Source: an uncultured Gammaproteobacteria bacterium
Lineage (GTDB): Bacteria; Patescibacteriota; Microgenomatia; Levybacterales; GWA1-39-11
Direction of reading: 5' to 3'
Length of the DNA: 64,000 nucleotides
Assembly (NCBI GenBank): GCA_964627245.1
Contig: CAZVGS010000004.1
Span: 22,806 to 86,805, forward strand
Shown here piece by piece: positions 38,259-48,009 of this stretch. The position numbers and the translations under genes were made by a program. How positions within the stretch are numbered: position 1 is the stretch's first letter; each line of letters begins with the position of its first letter. The notes beneath the pieces were generated by a model that had not been told where the DNA came from, searched no databases, and saw nothing but the letters and a program-made list of their open reading frames with translations.

Positions 38259-39734
38259 ATGGAATTACAAAATGACGTTTCTGAAAAACAAAACCAATCA
38301 AAATTATACCCCCCTGTTGTATCTGTCCTAGGACATGTAGATCACGGCAAAACAACACTCCTTGATACTATCAGAAAAAGTAATGTCGCAACGGGTGAAG
38401 CCGGGGGAATAACACAGGCTATCGGAGCTTCAAAAATAGAAATAACCCACGAAGGTAAAAAAAGATTTATCACTTTCATAGATACTCCGGGTCATGAAGC
38501 ATTTTCCAACATGCGTTCTCATGGGGTGAGCGCCTCAGATATAGTATTGCTTGTTGTGGCGGCTGACGACGGGATCAAGCCTCAAACCAAAGAATCGATA
38601 GACATGATACTAAAGTCAGAAAGCCCTTATATTGTAGTAATAACCAAAACGGACGCTCCCGGTGCAAATATTGAGAAAGTTAAGCAAGAGCTGGCAAAAG
38701 CAGGCGTTCTGCTTGAGGGACTAGGCGGAAATGTTCCATTTGTTGCAGTAAGTGCCAAAACAGGAGACAAAATTGCGGACCTTTTGGATCTTATTGTTAT
38801 TGTTTATGATTTTTCAGAAATTAAGAAGGATGCAAAAGACGCTTTCAGCGGGGTCGTAATTGAGGCAAAACTTGATAAGAGAAGGGGAATACTTGCCTCT
38901 CTTATCGTTAAAAAAGGCAAAATATCCATAGGTGACAAAGTATTCACCGATAGAAAAGAGGTTGGAAAAATTAGAGCACTGGTCGATACGGTTGGAGTAT
39001 CGGTTAAGGAAGCATATCCGGGGGATGCGGTTGAAGTTATGGGTCTTTCCGAGGTTTTGTCAGCAGGGGAAGTTATCAATACCATAACTGCAGGACATGT
39101 TAAGCAAGAAACTGCGGTTGGCACTCATACAACGGCAGATCTTATGAAGATACTTGCAACCAAAGCAAATGAAAAACTTCCGGTCATCATAAAAACACAG
39201 ACAAGCGGAGAATTTGAAGCAATATTAGCTTCCCTCCCTCAAAATGTTGAGGTTGTTTTTGAGGGAAGAGGTGAGATTTCCGCTTCCGACGTCTTAATGG
39301 CAAAGGATTTCGGGGCTATAATTGTCGGATTTAACGTAAAGATTGAAAAGCAGGCAGCGACATTAGCAGAATCCAACAAAACCTTTTTTAGAACCTACAA
39401 CATTATTTACAATCTCTTAGACGAGTTGGAGGATGCTGCTCAGCTGTTGATCGAAAGAGCGAGCAGGAAAATATTGGGAAAAGCGCAAATATTGGCTTCA
39501 TTTGAGGGAAATGAAGGCAAAATTATAGGTGCCCGTATAACAGAAGGTAGACTTTCGGTAGGGGATAAGGTAGTAATCGTGCATGGAGATAATGAAAGTC
39601 CTGAATGTAAAATAACTTCACTCAAGCAAGGCAAAAAAGACATTAAAGAGCTTGGAAAGGGAAATGAGTGCGGATTTATGATAGACACCGAAGTTGACTT
39701 TACTATAGGTGATATGGTATTATCCTGCGGATAG
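38259..39734 (+). CDS. infB: Translation initiation factor IF-2 (short form without N-terminal domain)
   Basis: GHVDHGKTTLLD, GGITQ, DTPGHEAF and ECG motifs. Confidence 0.95.
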   Translation: MELQNDVSEKQNQSKLYPPVVSVLGHVDHGKTTLLDTIRKSNVATGEAGGITQAIGASKIEITHEGKKRFITFIDTPGHEAFSNMRSHGVSASDIVLLVVAADDGIKPQTKESIDMILKSESPYIVVITKTDAPGANIEKVKQELAKAGVLLEGLGGNVPFVAVSAKTGDKIADLLDLIVIVYDFSEIKKDAKDAFSGVVIEAKLDKRRGILASLIVKKGKISIGDKVFTDRKEVGKIRALVDTVGVSVKEAYPGDAVEVMGLSEVLSAGEVINTITAGHVKQETAVGTHTTADLMKILATKANEKLPVIIKTQTSGEFEAILASLPQNVEVVFEGRGEISASDVLMAKDFGAIIVGFNVKIEKQAATLAESNKTFFRTYNIIYNLLDELEDAAQLLIERASRKILGKAQILASFEGNEGKIIGARITEGRLSVGDKVVIVHGDNESPECKITSLKQGKKDIKELGKGNECGFMIDTEVDFTIGDMVLSCG

Positions 39735-39824
39735 CCTTTGTAATTGAGCAGGACAAGCAAAGCTTGGCCTCAAGTTGAATAGAACGATCTAAGTTTGAAA
39801 TAATATAGGCTTATTCATAAAAAT

Positions 39825-41165
39825 ATGAATCCGAACATTACGCAGGAAATAAATCTTTTAAGAGAACTTCTAAATAGCCAAGGAGATCTTGGTATAGTTA
39901 TAGGATCACATCAAAATCTCGATACTTATGCCGCAGGACTTTCTTTGTACGCTTCTTTAAAAGCTTCCGGTAAAAAAGTACAGATCATCTCAAAAAAGGC
40001 TCCGACAGTTGAGGTAAGTAATCTTGTCGGAATAGACAAGGTTAGGGATAGTTTTGTTTCTGGAAATAATTCAAAACTCGTTATTTCCCTTCCTTATATT
40101 AAGGGTGAGGTTGAAAAAGTATTATTTACTGAATTCCCAAATCCTCAAAATCCTACAAATATTAATTTTCATTTGACCGCTGCTGAGGGAAAAAGTATAA
40201 CTCCATTTTCACTTTCAGATGTCAAGCTTCTATGGGAGGGAGGCGCCCCCGGAGCAGTTATCACAATTGGTGTTTCTTACATCGATGAATTGGCAGGAAT
40301 AGCTGATGATCCTCAAATAAAAATTGTTAATATTGATAATTTTTCTGGTAGCTCGCGGTTTGGTGATGTTGTTCTTGTTGATGAGTCTTTTTCTTCACTC
40401 TCTGAAGTATCTGCAAAAATCATAAAAGACTTGGCTTTGCCGGTTGATATCGATTCTGCACAAAATGTTTTGGACGGAGTACTTTTTGCAACAAGAAATT
40501 TCACAAAACCAAATACTTCTCCTTTAGCTTTTGAAGCAGCTTCGACTGCAATGTATAACGGTGCGCGGAGAAATGATGAAAAAGTGGATGTAAGACAGGA
40601 GCAAAGGCAAAATCCAAGACCCCAAAGGTACCAAGATAGGCAAGACGATCAAAGAGGAACTGTTCAGCAAAAGCAGCGAGTGGGAGATACTGATTTTCCT
40701 GCAATGCACATGCAGGGTTCAAGGAACCAGGGAGATGATAGAAGACAAAGAAATCAGCAGAGGGGACAGGAAGAAAGGGGCAGAAGACCTCAAAATCAGC
40801 CTCAAACTAGACAATTTCAAGACAGAAGCCAAAGACCCCAGCAGGCTTTTGGGCAAAACCCTAAAGATATCGAGGAATTGATGAGAAAGATAAATGAGGA
40901 AAATATGAAGAAACAACAACCAAGAAGAGATGATAGACAGCAACCTGTAAGAGTGCAAGAGGATGTAAGGGAAGATGAATTTGAGGAAAAGCAAAATGAA
41001 TTTACAAATCCTCAGATCCAAGATGCTCAAATTGTGGATGACAGAAGACAGGTCCAAGATGACTTTGAGCCTGAGCAAGCACCCTACACTCCTCCGGATC
41101 CGTCAGAAGTGCCTGATGACTGGTTGACCCCAAAAGTCTTCAAAAGCTCCAAAAGGAATAATTAG
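39825..41165 (+). CDS. Degenerate DHH/NrnA-like protein with Gln/Arg-rich disordered tail
   Basis: DHH-like layout but NIDNF instead of xDHH; C-terminal PDDWLTPKVF. Confidence 0.65.
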   Translation: MNPNITQEINLLRELLNSQGDLGIVIGSHQNLDTYAAGLSLYASLKASGKKVQIISKKAPTVEVSNLVGIDKVRDSFVSGNNSKLVISLPYIKGEVEKVLFTEFPNPQNPTNINFHLTAAEGKSITPFSLSDVKLLWEGGAPGAVITIGVSYIDELAGIADDPQIKIVNIDNFSGSSRFGDVVLVDESFSSLSEVSAKIIKDLALPVDIDSAQNVLDGVLFATRNFTKPNTSPLAFEAASTAMYNGARRNDEKVDVRQEQRQNPRPQRYQDRQDDQRGTVQQKQRVGDTDFPAMHMQGSRNQGDDRRQRNQQRGQEERGRRPQNQPQTRQFQDRSQRPQQAFGQNPKDIEELMRKINEENMKKQQPRRDDRQQPVRVQEDVREDEFEEKQNEFTNPQIQDAQIVDDRRQVQDDFEPEQAPYTPPDPSEVPDDWLTPKVFKSSKRNN

Positions 41166-41300
41166 GTTTTGTATGTCTAAAAATGGTGAGAATTCCTGGG
41201 GGATCTTTTGATAGATATGGAAAGTTACATATTTCTAACGGTTTGATCCCTTTAGTTAGCCGGCCAAATTTGGGGGGCAGATCTTCTCAGAGGATAGACA

Positions 41301-41329
41301 TTGCATTGCAGGCTCAGATTTTGTATAAT
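41301..41329 (+). promoter_or_regulatory. rpsO promoter (leaderless geometry)
   Basis: TTGCAT-N17-TATAAT, 7 nt before ATG 41337. Confidence 0.7.
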
Positions 41330-41336
41330 ATCGGCT

Positions 41337-41606
41337 ATGCCATTAACGACTGACGAAAAAACAAACATAATTAAAGATAATGCAGTAATAGACGGAGACA
41401 CAGGATCTCCGGAAGTGCAGATTGCTCTTCTTACTCATAAGATCACAAAATTAACGGATCACCTTAAAATCCATCAAAAAGACTTTCATAGTAGACGCGG
41501 GTTACTAAATATGTTATCAAAGAGAAGAAGGCTATTTAACTTTTTAGTTAAAGTTGACACTAACCGTGCCGAAGGTATCGGGAAAAAAGTCGGTCTTGCA
41601 AAGTAA
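41337..41606 (+). CDS. rpsO: 30S ribosomal protein S15
   Basis: DTGSPEVQIALLT and HQKDFHSRRGLL motifs. Confidence 0.97.
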   Translation: MPLTTDEKTNIIKDNAVIDGDTGSPEVQIALLTHKITKLTDHLKIHQKDFHSRRGLLNMLSKRRRLFNFLVKVDTNRAEGIGKKVGLAK

Positions 41607-41658
41607 CTAAATAATCCACAAATTCTTGTTGGTTGTTGGGGTGTAAAAATATAAATTA

Positions 41659-44049
41659 ATGAAAAAAGTTTCAAAATCTTTTGAATTGAGAGGAAAGAAT
41701 ATTTCTTTCGAGACAGGAACGCTTGCGTCCTTGTCTACATCCAGTGTTTTGGCACGGATGGGAGATACTGTAGTTCTTGCAACTGTTACCATGGGCAGGA
41801 ATGATACTACATTGGACTACTTCCCTCTTTCAGTTGAGTATGTGGAGCATCTGTATGCCGGCGGAAAAATAAAAGGATCCCGTTGGGTTAAGCGTGAAGG
41901 AAGACCGTCCGATGACTCAATTCTAACCGGAAGACTTATCGACCGCTCAATACGCCCTCTATTTCCCAAAGAACTTAAAAAAGACATTCAAGTGATAGTT
42001 AACGTTTTATCTTCAGACGGGGTGAATGATGCGGATATTCTGTCAATTAATGCAGTAAGCGCAGCCCTTGCCGCTTCAAAAATTCCATGGAACGGACCTG
42101 TTGGAGCTTCAAGAATTGGTCTTAACCGCGAAACACAAGAATTGGCTGTAAATCCTGAAATGGCAACGGAGATAGACTTGGATTTTGTTTTGACAGCATC
42201 TGCTAATGGAAATACCGTTATGGTTGAGGCAGGAGCAAACCAGGTTGGAGAAGACATTGCCCTGCAAGCAGTGAAAATGGCAAAAGAGGCAAATTCGGAG
42301 ATGATTGAATTTATTAACGCTTTTGCAAAAGAAGTAGGAGAGAAAAAAGATGAAGTTGTAAAAGACGAGGAAAAATCCAAATACGTTGCTCTGGTAGATA
42401 AATCTTACAAGAAAAACATAGTAGATGTTTTGGAAGGTGAATTGGGAGAAAATGTGTCAGGTGATCTTCAAAAAATTGCCGATCTAATTGCAGAAGAAGA
42501 AAGCAAAAAGGCAAAACAAGGAGAAACAGTCGACAAGAAAAAGATATTTGAAGCAGTTGACTATGTATTCAAAAGAATAATCCGCGAGAATATTGTTGAC
42601 AAAGAAAAAAGATTTGACGGGCGAAAAATTGATGAGATAAGACCTCTTTCTTCTCAGGTTAGTTTTATTCCAAGAGTTCATGGATCGGCACTTTTCCAAC
42701 GCGGACAAACACAAGTTTTATCCATTGCAACTCTTGCGTCTAGTTCATTCGGACAGCTCATTGAGACGCTTGAAGGCGAGGAAACAAAGCGTTACATGCA
42801 TCACTACACTTTTCCTCCTTTCTCAGTAGGTGAGACGGGAAGAATAGGCAGTCCTTCAAGACGCGAAATCGGACACGGAGCGCTAGCTGAAAGGGCTATT
42901 GAAGCAGTACTTCCTACAGCCGAGGAATTCCCTTACGCAATAAGAGTAGTGAGTGAGGTTTTGTCTTCAAACGGCTCAACTTCAATGGCTTCAACCTGCG
43001 GATCAACTTTGGCACTTATGGATGCCGGAGTTCCGATAAAAGCACCTGTTGCAGGAATTGCAATCGGGCTCATGACTTTGGACAAAAAGTACAAGATTTT
43101 GACAGACATTATTGGTCTTGAAGACTTTGCAGGAGATATGGACTTTAAGGTTGCTGGAACAGAAAAAGGCATTACGGCCATTCAATTAGACGTTAAGGTT
43201 GATGCTTTGACTGATGAGATGATTGCTGAAGTTTTTGACCGCGCTCGCAAGGCAAGAATGGAAATTCTAAAAGTCATGCTAAAAGCACTTCCTGAGTCAA
43301 GAGCCGAAGTAAGCAGTTTTGCTCCAAAGATAAAGATGATAAAGATTGATCCTGAAAAAATAGGCGGAGTTATTGGATCAGGCGGAAAAGTTATTAAAAA
43401 TATTATTGCTATGACAGGTGCTCAGGTTGATGTTGAGGACGACGGATCTGTAAGTATATCGGCAGTTGATGATGAAGCTGTTAAGAAAGCTGTTGAATGG
43501 GTTGAGGGATTGACTCATGATGTTGAGCCCGGTGAAGTTTATGACGGAACGGTTAAGAGAATGATGAATTTTGGAGCATTTGTTGAGATATTACCAGGAA
43601 AAGAAGGACTTGTTCATGTATCCGAGATGTCAACTGACTATGTCCAGTCACCTGAGGATGTTGTTGAGATAGGACAAAAAGTAAAAGTAAGGGTTAAGGA
43701 AATTGATGATATGGGAAGAATTAATTTATCTATGAAATTTGGAGAGGATGCAGACAAACCATCTAAAAGACCGGAAGGGTCTGAGGGCGGAAATGGAGAT
43801 AGAGGAGGACGCGGAGGAGACAGAGGTCCAAGAGGCGGCGGCGGAAGACCCGGCGGAGGGTTTTCGCGGGGAGGACCCCCAAGAAGCGGTGGAGGCGGAT
43901 TTTCCAGAGGCGGAGGGCCTAGGCGTGATTTTGGTGGAGGACAGAGACCTTCAAGCGTTGGAAGAAGTTTTGGCGGAGGAAGAAGAAGCAGCGGAATTGA
44001 TAAAAAACCAACCTACGAAGGCGGACGGCGCGACGACTGGAGAGGTTAG
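41659..44049 (+). CDS. pnp: Polyribonucleotide nucleotidyltransferase with RGG-rich tail
   Basis: RLIDRSIRPLFP, RREIGHG, SNGSTSMAS and GDMDFKVAG motifs; KH and S1 domains. Confidence 0.97.
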   Translation: MKKVSKSFELRGKNISFETGTLASLSTSSVLARMGDTVVLATVTMGRNDTTLDYFPLSVEYVEHLYAGGKIKGSRWVKREGRPSDDSILTGRLIDRSIRPLFPKELKKDIQVIVNVLSSDGVNDADILSINAVSAALAASKIPWNGPVGASRIGLNRETQELAVNPEMATEIDLDFVLTASANGNTVMVEAGANQVGEDIALQAVKMAKEANSEMIEFINAFAKEVGEKKDEVVKDEEKSKYVALVDKSYKKNIVDVLEGELGENVSGDLQKIADLIAEEESKKAKQGETVDKKKIFEAVDYVFKRIIRENIVDKEKRFDGRKIDEIRPLSSQVSFIPRVHGSALFQRGQTQVLSIATLASSSFGQLIETLEGEETKRYMHHYTFPPFSVGETGRIGSPSRREIGHGALAERAIEAVLPTAEEFPYAIRVVSEVLSSNGSTSMASTCGSTLALMDAGVPIKAPVAGIAIGLMTLDKKYKILTDIIGLEDFAGDMDFKVAGTEKGITAIQLDVKVDALTDEMIAEVFDRARKARMEILKVMLKALPESRAEVSSFAPKIKMIKIDPEKIGGVIGSGGKVIKNIIAMTGAQVDVEDDGSVSISAVDDEAVKKAVEWVEGLTHDVEPGEVYDGTVKRMMNFGAFVEILPGKEGLVHVSEMSTDYVQSPEDVVEIGQKVKVRVKEIDDMGRINLSMKFGEDADKPSKRPEGSEGGNGDRGGRGGDRGPRGGGGRPGGGFSRGGPPRSGGGGFSRGGGPRRDFGGGQRPSSVGRSFGGGRRSSGIDKKPTYEGGRRDDWRG

Positions 44050-44085
44050 AGGAAGCGTTTAGTTGTTAGGGTTTAGCGTTTAGTT

Positions 44086-44916
44086 TTAAGAATTCCCAAG
44101 TAGATAGCAAGCACTCTCCATTACTCTGTTAAATTTTCCATTGAATTCCTTAATAGTATCCCAATATGGCTTTCGGGTTGCCTGATCCATTATTAGTCCC
44201 CTGTTATATTCAATTTGAATTCCGACGACTTCGTTTCCGAAGTTGTTTTTAGGATTTGTATAATTTTGCATTATAAACCCTCCTTTATATGATGTGTTGA
44301 TTTCGACTTCATCAAGCTCTAGACTGAATTCTTTTGCGATATTTGATCTTACATTTTGAATAAATTCTGCAGAGCACGAGGCATATCCATTTGCAGGATC
44401 AACTCCTCCTGTTATTGACTTACCAAAGTTTGAAAGAATAAATTTCGGCATGGTTCTATTCTCCCCTGGTAATTTTCTATCCCTTTTGCCTGTTTTTAAG
44501 TTAAAATCTCCCGTATCGTGCTGATCCCAAAGAATGACCTTGTCAAAACCCTTCTCCTTTGAACTTTTTATCAAGCGTCTTATCTCATCATGATAAGGAT
44601 CCCAGTATGTCTTAAAACAGTATTCTTTCTCATCATCTGTTAATTCCTGACCTTTTTTCCATATAGCATTTCCATGGAAATCATTGAGCTTGAATAAAGA
44701 AGAATCCCTTGGCTGGTTGAGACTGCCAAGCCCTCGGATTGCTAGAGACTTTAAGTTGCCCAAAGCTTCGGGATGATATGAGGTATCAGCGGTATACATA
44801 TCCGTAAATTCACCAATATACCATGGATCCAAAATTATCCGGTCTGCAAAATTATGAAAGTCATCGCTATTGTGAGGCGCAGAAGTAATAAGAGGTAAAA
44901 CCATAATTGGCTTCAT
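44086..44916 (-). CDS. N-formylglutamate amidohydrolase-like protein
   Basis: SAPH, TD, YWDPYHDEI, YKGGFI and IQIEYNR motifs. Confidence 0.75.
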   Translation of the reverse strand: MKPIMVLPLITSAPHNSDDFHNFADRIILDPWYIGEFTDMYTADTSYHPEALGNLKSLAIRGLGSLNQPRDSSLFKLNDFHGNAIWKKGQELTDDEKEYCFKTYWDPYHDEIRRLIKSSKEKGFDKVILWDQHDTGDFNLKTGKRDRKLPGENRTMPKFILSNFGKSITGGVDPANGYASCSAEFIQNVRSNIAKEFSLELDEVEINTSYKGGFIMQNYTNPKNNFGNEVVGIQIEYNRGLIMDQATRKPYWDTIKEFNGKFNRVMESACYLLGNS

Positions 44917-44976
44917 TATATAATAAGTTTGCTTAATACTTAATTCTAATGCCTTAATTCTTGCTATAATTGATGT

Positions 44977-46113
44977 ATGGATTCTGCCCAGAAAACAGTA
45001 GATGGTAGTCAGGAGTTAGGAGCTGGAAACAATAACTCTCAAAACCCGGATTCTAATTCCCAAATTTCAAAACTTGAGACTTTGATAGTCAACGCAAAGT
45101 TACCTGAGGATTTAAATCAATCTGCAAAAGCGATGGTAGCTCGCCTCAAGATTGTAAAAGATCAACCCTCTTTTTATACAGAATATGACACTATTTCAAG
45201 ATATGTCACTTGGATAACAGCGCTTCCCTGGGGAAAAAAGTCCGAAGATATTTTAGATCTTTCACATGCCAAGCAGGTTTTGGATCACAATCACTACGGC
45301 CTTGAGGTTGTAAAAGAGCAGATTTTAGAATTCTTATCAATTATGATTTTGACAAAAGCCCGCGCCGGTCAGCAGGGAAGTGATATCATTGCAAGGGCTC
45401 CGATACTGTCTCTTGTGGGTCTTGCGGGGGTCGGTAAAACAACGATTGCATATTCAATTGCTGAGGCTTTGGGCAGGAAAATTGAAAGAATCCCATTTGG
45501 TGGAATGGGTAGCGCAAGCCAACTAAGAGGCAAATCCAGACTTTATTCAGATAGCGAACCCGGTTATGTGATAAAAGCCCTAAGACGAGCAGGTACTTCA
45601 AATCCGGTTATATTACTCGATGAAATAGATAGAGTTAGTGAGGAAGCAAGAGCAGATATTATGGGTGTGTTGGTAGAACTTCTGGATCCTTTGCAGAATA
45701 AAGCATTCACAGACCACTTCATAGACTATCCGGTAGATCTTTCACAAGTACTTTTTATTGCTACTTCAAATAATACCAAAGACATTTCAACCGCTGTTGT
45801 TGATAGGCTGGAGATAATCCAAATGCCATCATATACCGATGATGAAAAAACGGTTATTGGTAAGACTTATGTACTGCCAAAGGTAATGAAAGAGTCAGGT
45901 TTGACGCCCAACGAATTTGCTATAGCTGATGATGTTTGGCCTGAAGCAATAGTTAGGCCTTTGGGATACGACCCGGGAATAAGAGGTTTGCAGCGCGTTT
46001 TGCAGGGGATTGTTAGAAAAACCGTATACTACATGATGATCGGTAAAATTCCCCAAGGACAGAGATTTGTTGTGACCAATGAGAATGTAAAGAATTTTGT
46101 TTCGGCGTGGTAG
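44977..46113 (+). CDS. Lon-type AAA+ module lacking the LAN and protease domains
   Basis: LPW, HYGLEVVKEQILEFL, GLAGVGKT, LLDEIDR, LLDPLQN..FTDHF and DRLE motifs; ORF ends after the helical domain. Confidence 0.88.
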   Translation: MDSAQKTVDGSQELGAGNNNSQNPDSNSQISKLETLIVNAKLPEDLNQSAKAMVARLKIVKDQPSFYTEYDTISRYVTWITALPWGKKSEDILDLSHAKQVLDHNHYGLEVVKEQILEFLSIMILTKARAGQQGSDIIARAPILSLVGLAGVGKTTIAYSIAEALGRKIERIPFGGMGSASQLRGKSRLYSDSEPGYVIKALRRAGTSNPVILLDEIDRVSEEARADIMGVLVELLDPLQNKAFTDHFIDYPVDLSQVLFIATSNNTKDISTAVVDRLEIIQMPSYTDDEKTVIGKTYVLPKVMKESGLTPNEFAIADDVWPEAIVRPLGYDPGIRGLQRVLQGIVRKTVYYMMIGKIPQGQRFVVTNENVKNFVSAW

Positions 46114-46116
46114 GTG

Positions 46117-46230
46117 GCGGGTCCTGTCTCAGCCCGTCCCATTTGCGCGCCGTCTCGCCCGCTCTGCTTACAAAAAAATATTGTTCGTTTGCTCGAGATG
46201 TTCAATGGGACCCTGGACTGAGCCACCCGC
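46117..46230. repeat. GC-rich long imperfect inverted repeat (MITE-like or structured RNA)
   Basis: Nested pairs GCGGGT/ACCCGC, CTCAG/CTGAG, GTCCCATT/AATGGGAC and TCTCG/CGAGA. Confidence 0.7.
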
Positions 46231-46280
46231 ATTGGTTTTGAGATTTGAGTTGTGAGTTTTATGCAATATAATTAAGTCAA

Positions 46281-47960
46281 ATGGAAAGTAATAATAATGC
46301 AAGTCCGCTTAACTCCGTAACGGTTCTGCCGTTAGGAGGTATAGGGTCGGTTACCAAGAATATGTATTTATATATTTTTGGCAACGAAATACTAATCGTC
46401 GATTGTGGAATGGGTTTTCCCGATGCCAATACACCCGGTGTAGACTTTCTAATTCCTGACATAACGCATCTTAAGAAATTGGTTACGCAAGGCAAAAAAA
46501 TTGTGGGTCTTTTACTTACTCACGGGCACGAAGATCATATAGGAGGCGTTCCTTTCGTTCTTGACCAGCTCCCAAGTTTTCCTATATATGCAACCCCCCT
46601 GACAGCGGCATTTACAAATGAAAAATTGAAAGATTTTGGGCTTAATCAGCGGGTTGTTGAGGTTAAATTCAAGAAGGATTTTAGGCTTGGTGCATTTATG
46701 GTCCGATTTTTGCATATCACGCATAGTGTCATGGATACTTCAAATATTTTTATAAAAACCCCTGTTGGTAACTTTTATCACGGCAGTGACTATAAATTTG
46801 ACCTAACACCTCCCGATGATAAGCCGACAGATATGCATGGGATAGCAGAAACAGCACGAGAGGGAGTAATGTGCATGATGTCTGACTGCCTGGGAGCAGA
46901 ACGCGAAGGGCATAGTAAATCCGAGCGAAAAATTACCGATAAATTTGAAGAAGAGATGAGAAGGTCTAAGGGAAAGGTTTTTATAAGTACCTATTCTTCA
47001 AATATTTCACGCATGAACCAAGCCATCGAGGCCGCAATAAAATTTAATAGAAAAGTGTGCTTTATGGGAAGATCTTTTGCAAAGGCGAGGGATATCGGTA
47101 GGCAATTGGGGTATATGAAACTGCCTCAAAATATGGAAATAAAGTCCCAGCAGGCAGGATCAATGGATCCGTCAAAAGTAATGATCTTAATTCCCGGGAG
47201 TCAGGCACAAGAAGAGTCTGCTCTTGTCAGAGTTGCAAATGATAATGACCGGGATCTTAGAATTGAGAAAAACGACACTGTTATTTTTTCAGCGGATCCA
47301 ATACCCGGGAATGAAGTAAATATTTATAGTCTGATTGATACTATTTCAAAAAAAGGCGCCCGTGTTATACATTCCGACATGTCAGATGAATTTCATGTGT
47401 CAGGTCATGGATCTCAAAATGACATAAAACTTCTTGCAACTTTGACAAGACCAAGATACGCATTTCCAATAGGCGGAAATTACCGTCACATGCTGGCGTT
47501 CAAAGGATTGATGAGGGACCTTGGAATGCGTGAGCAGGATATAGTTCTTCCTGAATACGGACAGGAAGTCGTTTTTTTCAAAGGCTCTTTCCGCTATGGA
47601 GCAAAAATTCCTTTGGCAACTGTTTATGTAGATGAGATAACAGGCGAGGAGATGGAAAAATTTGTGCTTTTGGACCGCCAAAAGATAGTAAAAGAAGGAA
47701 TAATGATAATTATGGTTGAGGTAGAGGCTGATAGTGGAAAGATTGTTGAGAAGCCTGATGTTATTGTCAGAGGCGTTGCTTTTCCCGAGAAGGATGGGTT
47801 TGTTGAAAAGTTGGGTAGTGAGTTGAGCCGAAGCATGTCTCAAAAGAGTGGTAGGGCCAATTCTGCTCTTTACAGAAAGACTATCCAAAGAACGGCAGAA
47901 AATCTTTTGTACAAAATGAAGCGCGAACCCCTAGTTATCCCTGTTGTTATTGAAGTGTAG
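46281..47960 (+). CDS. rnj: Ribonuclease J
   Basis: PLGG, THGHEDHIG, DYKFD, PIPGNE and HVSGH motifs. Confidence 0.95.
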   Translation: MESNNNASPLNSVTVLPLGGIGSVTKNMYLYIFGNEILIVDCGMGFPDANTPGVDFLIPDITHLKKLVTQGKKIVGLLLTHGHEDHIGGVPFVLDQLPSFPIYATPLTAAFTNEKLKDFGLNQRVVEVKFKKDFRLGAFMVRFLHITHSVMDTSNIFIKTPVGNFYHGSDYKFDLTPPDDKPTDMHGIAETAREGVMCMMSDCLGAEREGHSKSERKITDKFEEEMRRSKGKVFISTYSSNISRMNQAIEAAIKFNRKVCFMGRSFAKARDIGRQLGYMKLPQNMEIKSQQAGSMDPSKVMILIPGSQAQEESALVRVANDNDRDLRIEKNDTVIFSADPIPGNEVNIYSLIDTISKKGARVIHSDMSDEFHVSGHGSQNDIKLLATLTRPRYAFPIGGNYRHMLAFKGLMRDLGMREQDIVLPEYGQEVVFFKGSFRYGAKIPLATVYVDEITGEEMEKFVLLDRQKIVKEGIMIIMVEVEADSGKIVEKPDVIVRGVAFPEKDGFVEKLGSELSRSMSQKSGRANSALYRKTIQRTAENLLYKMKREPLVIPVVIEV

Positions 47961-48009
47961 GCTTTTGGTGCTACAATTTCTCAAAGTGGTAGAAATTGAA
48001 GTCGAAAAC

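Noticed and set aside
41190-41290. Hairpin upstream of rpsO as the S15 autoregulatory leader
   Set aside because: It lies upstream of the predicted rpsO promoter and is more likely a 3' structure of the preceding transcript.
43790-44049. GC-rich stretch as foreign DNA
   Set aside because: It is the in-frame Gly/Arg-rich tail of pnp.
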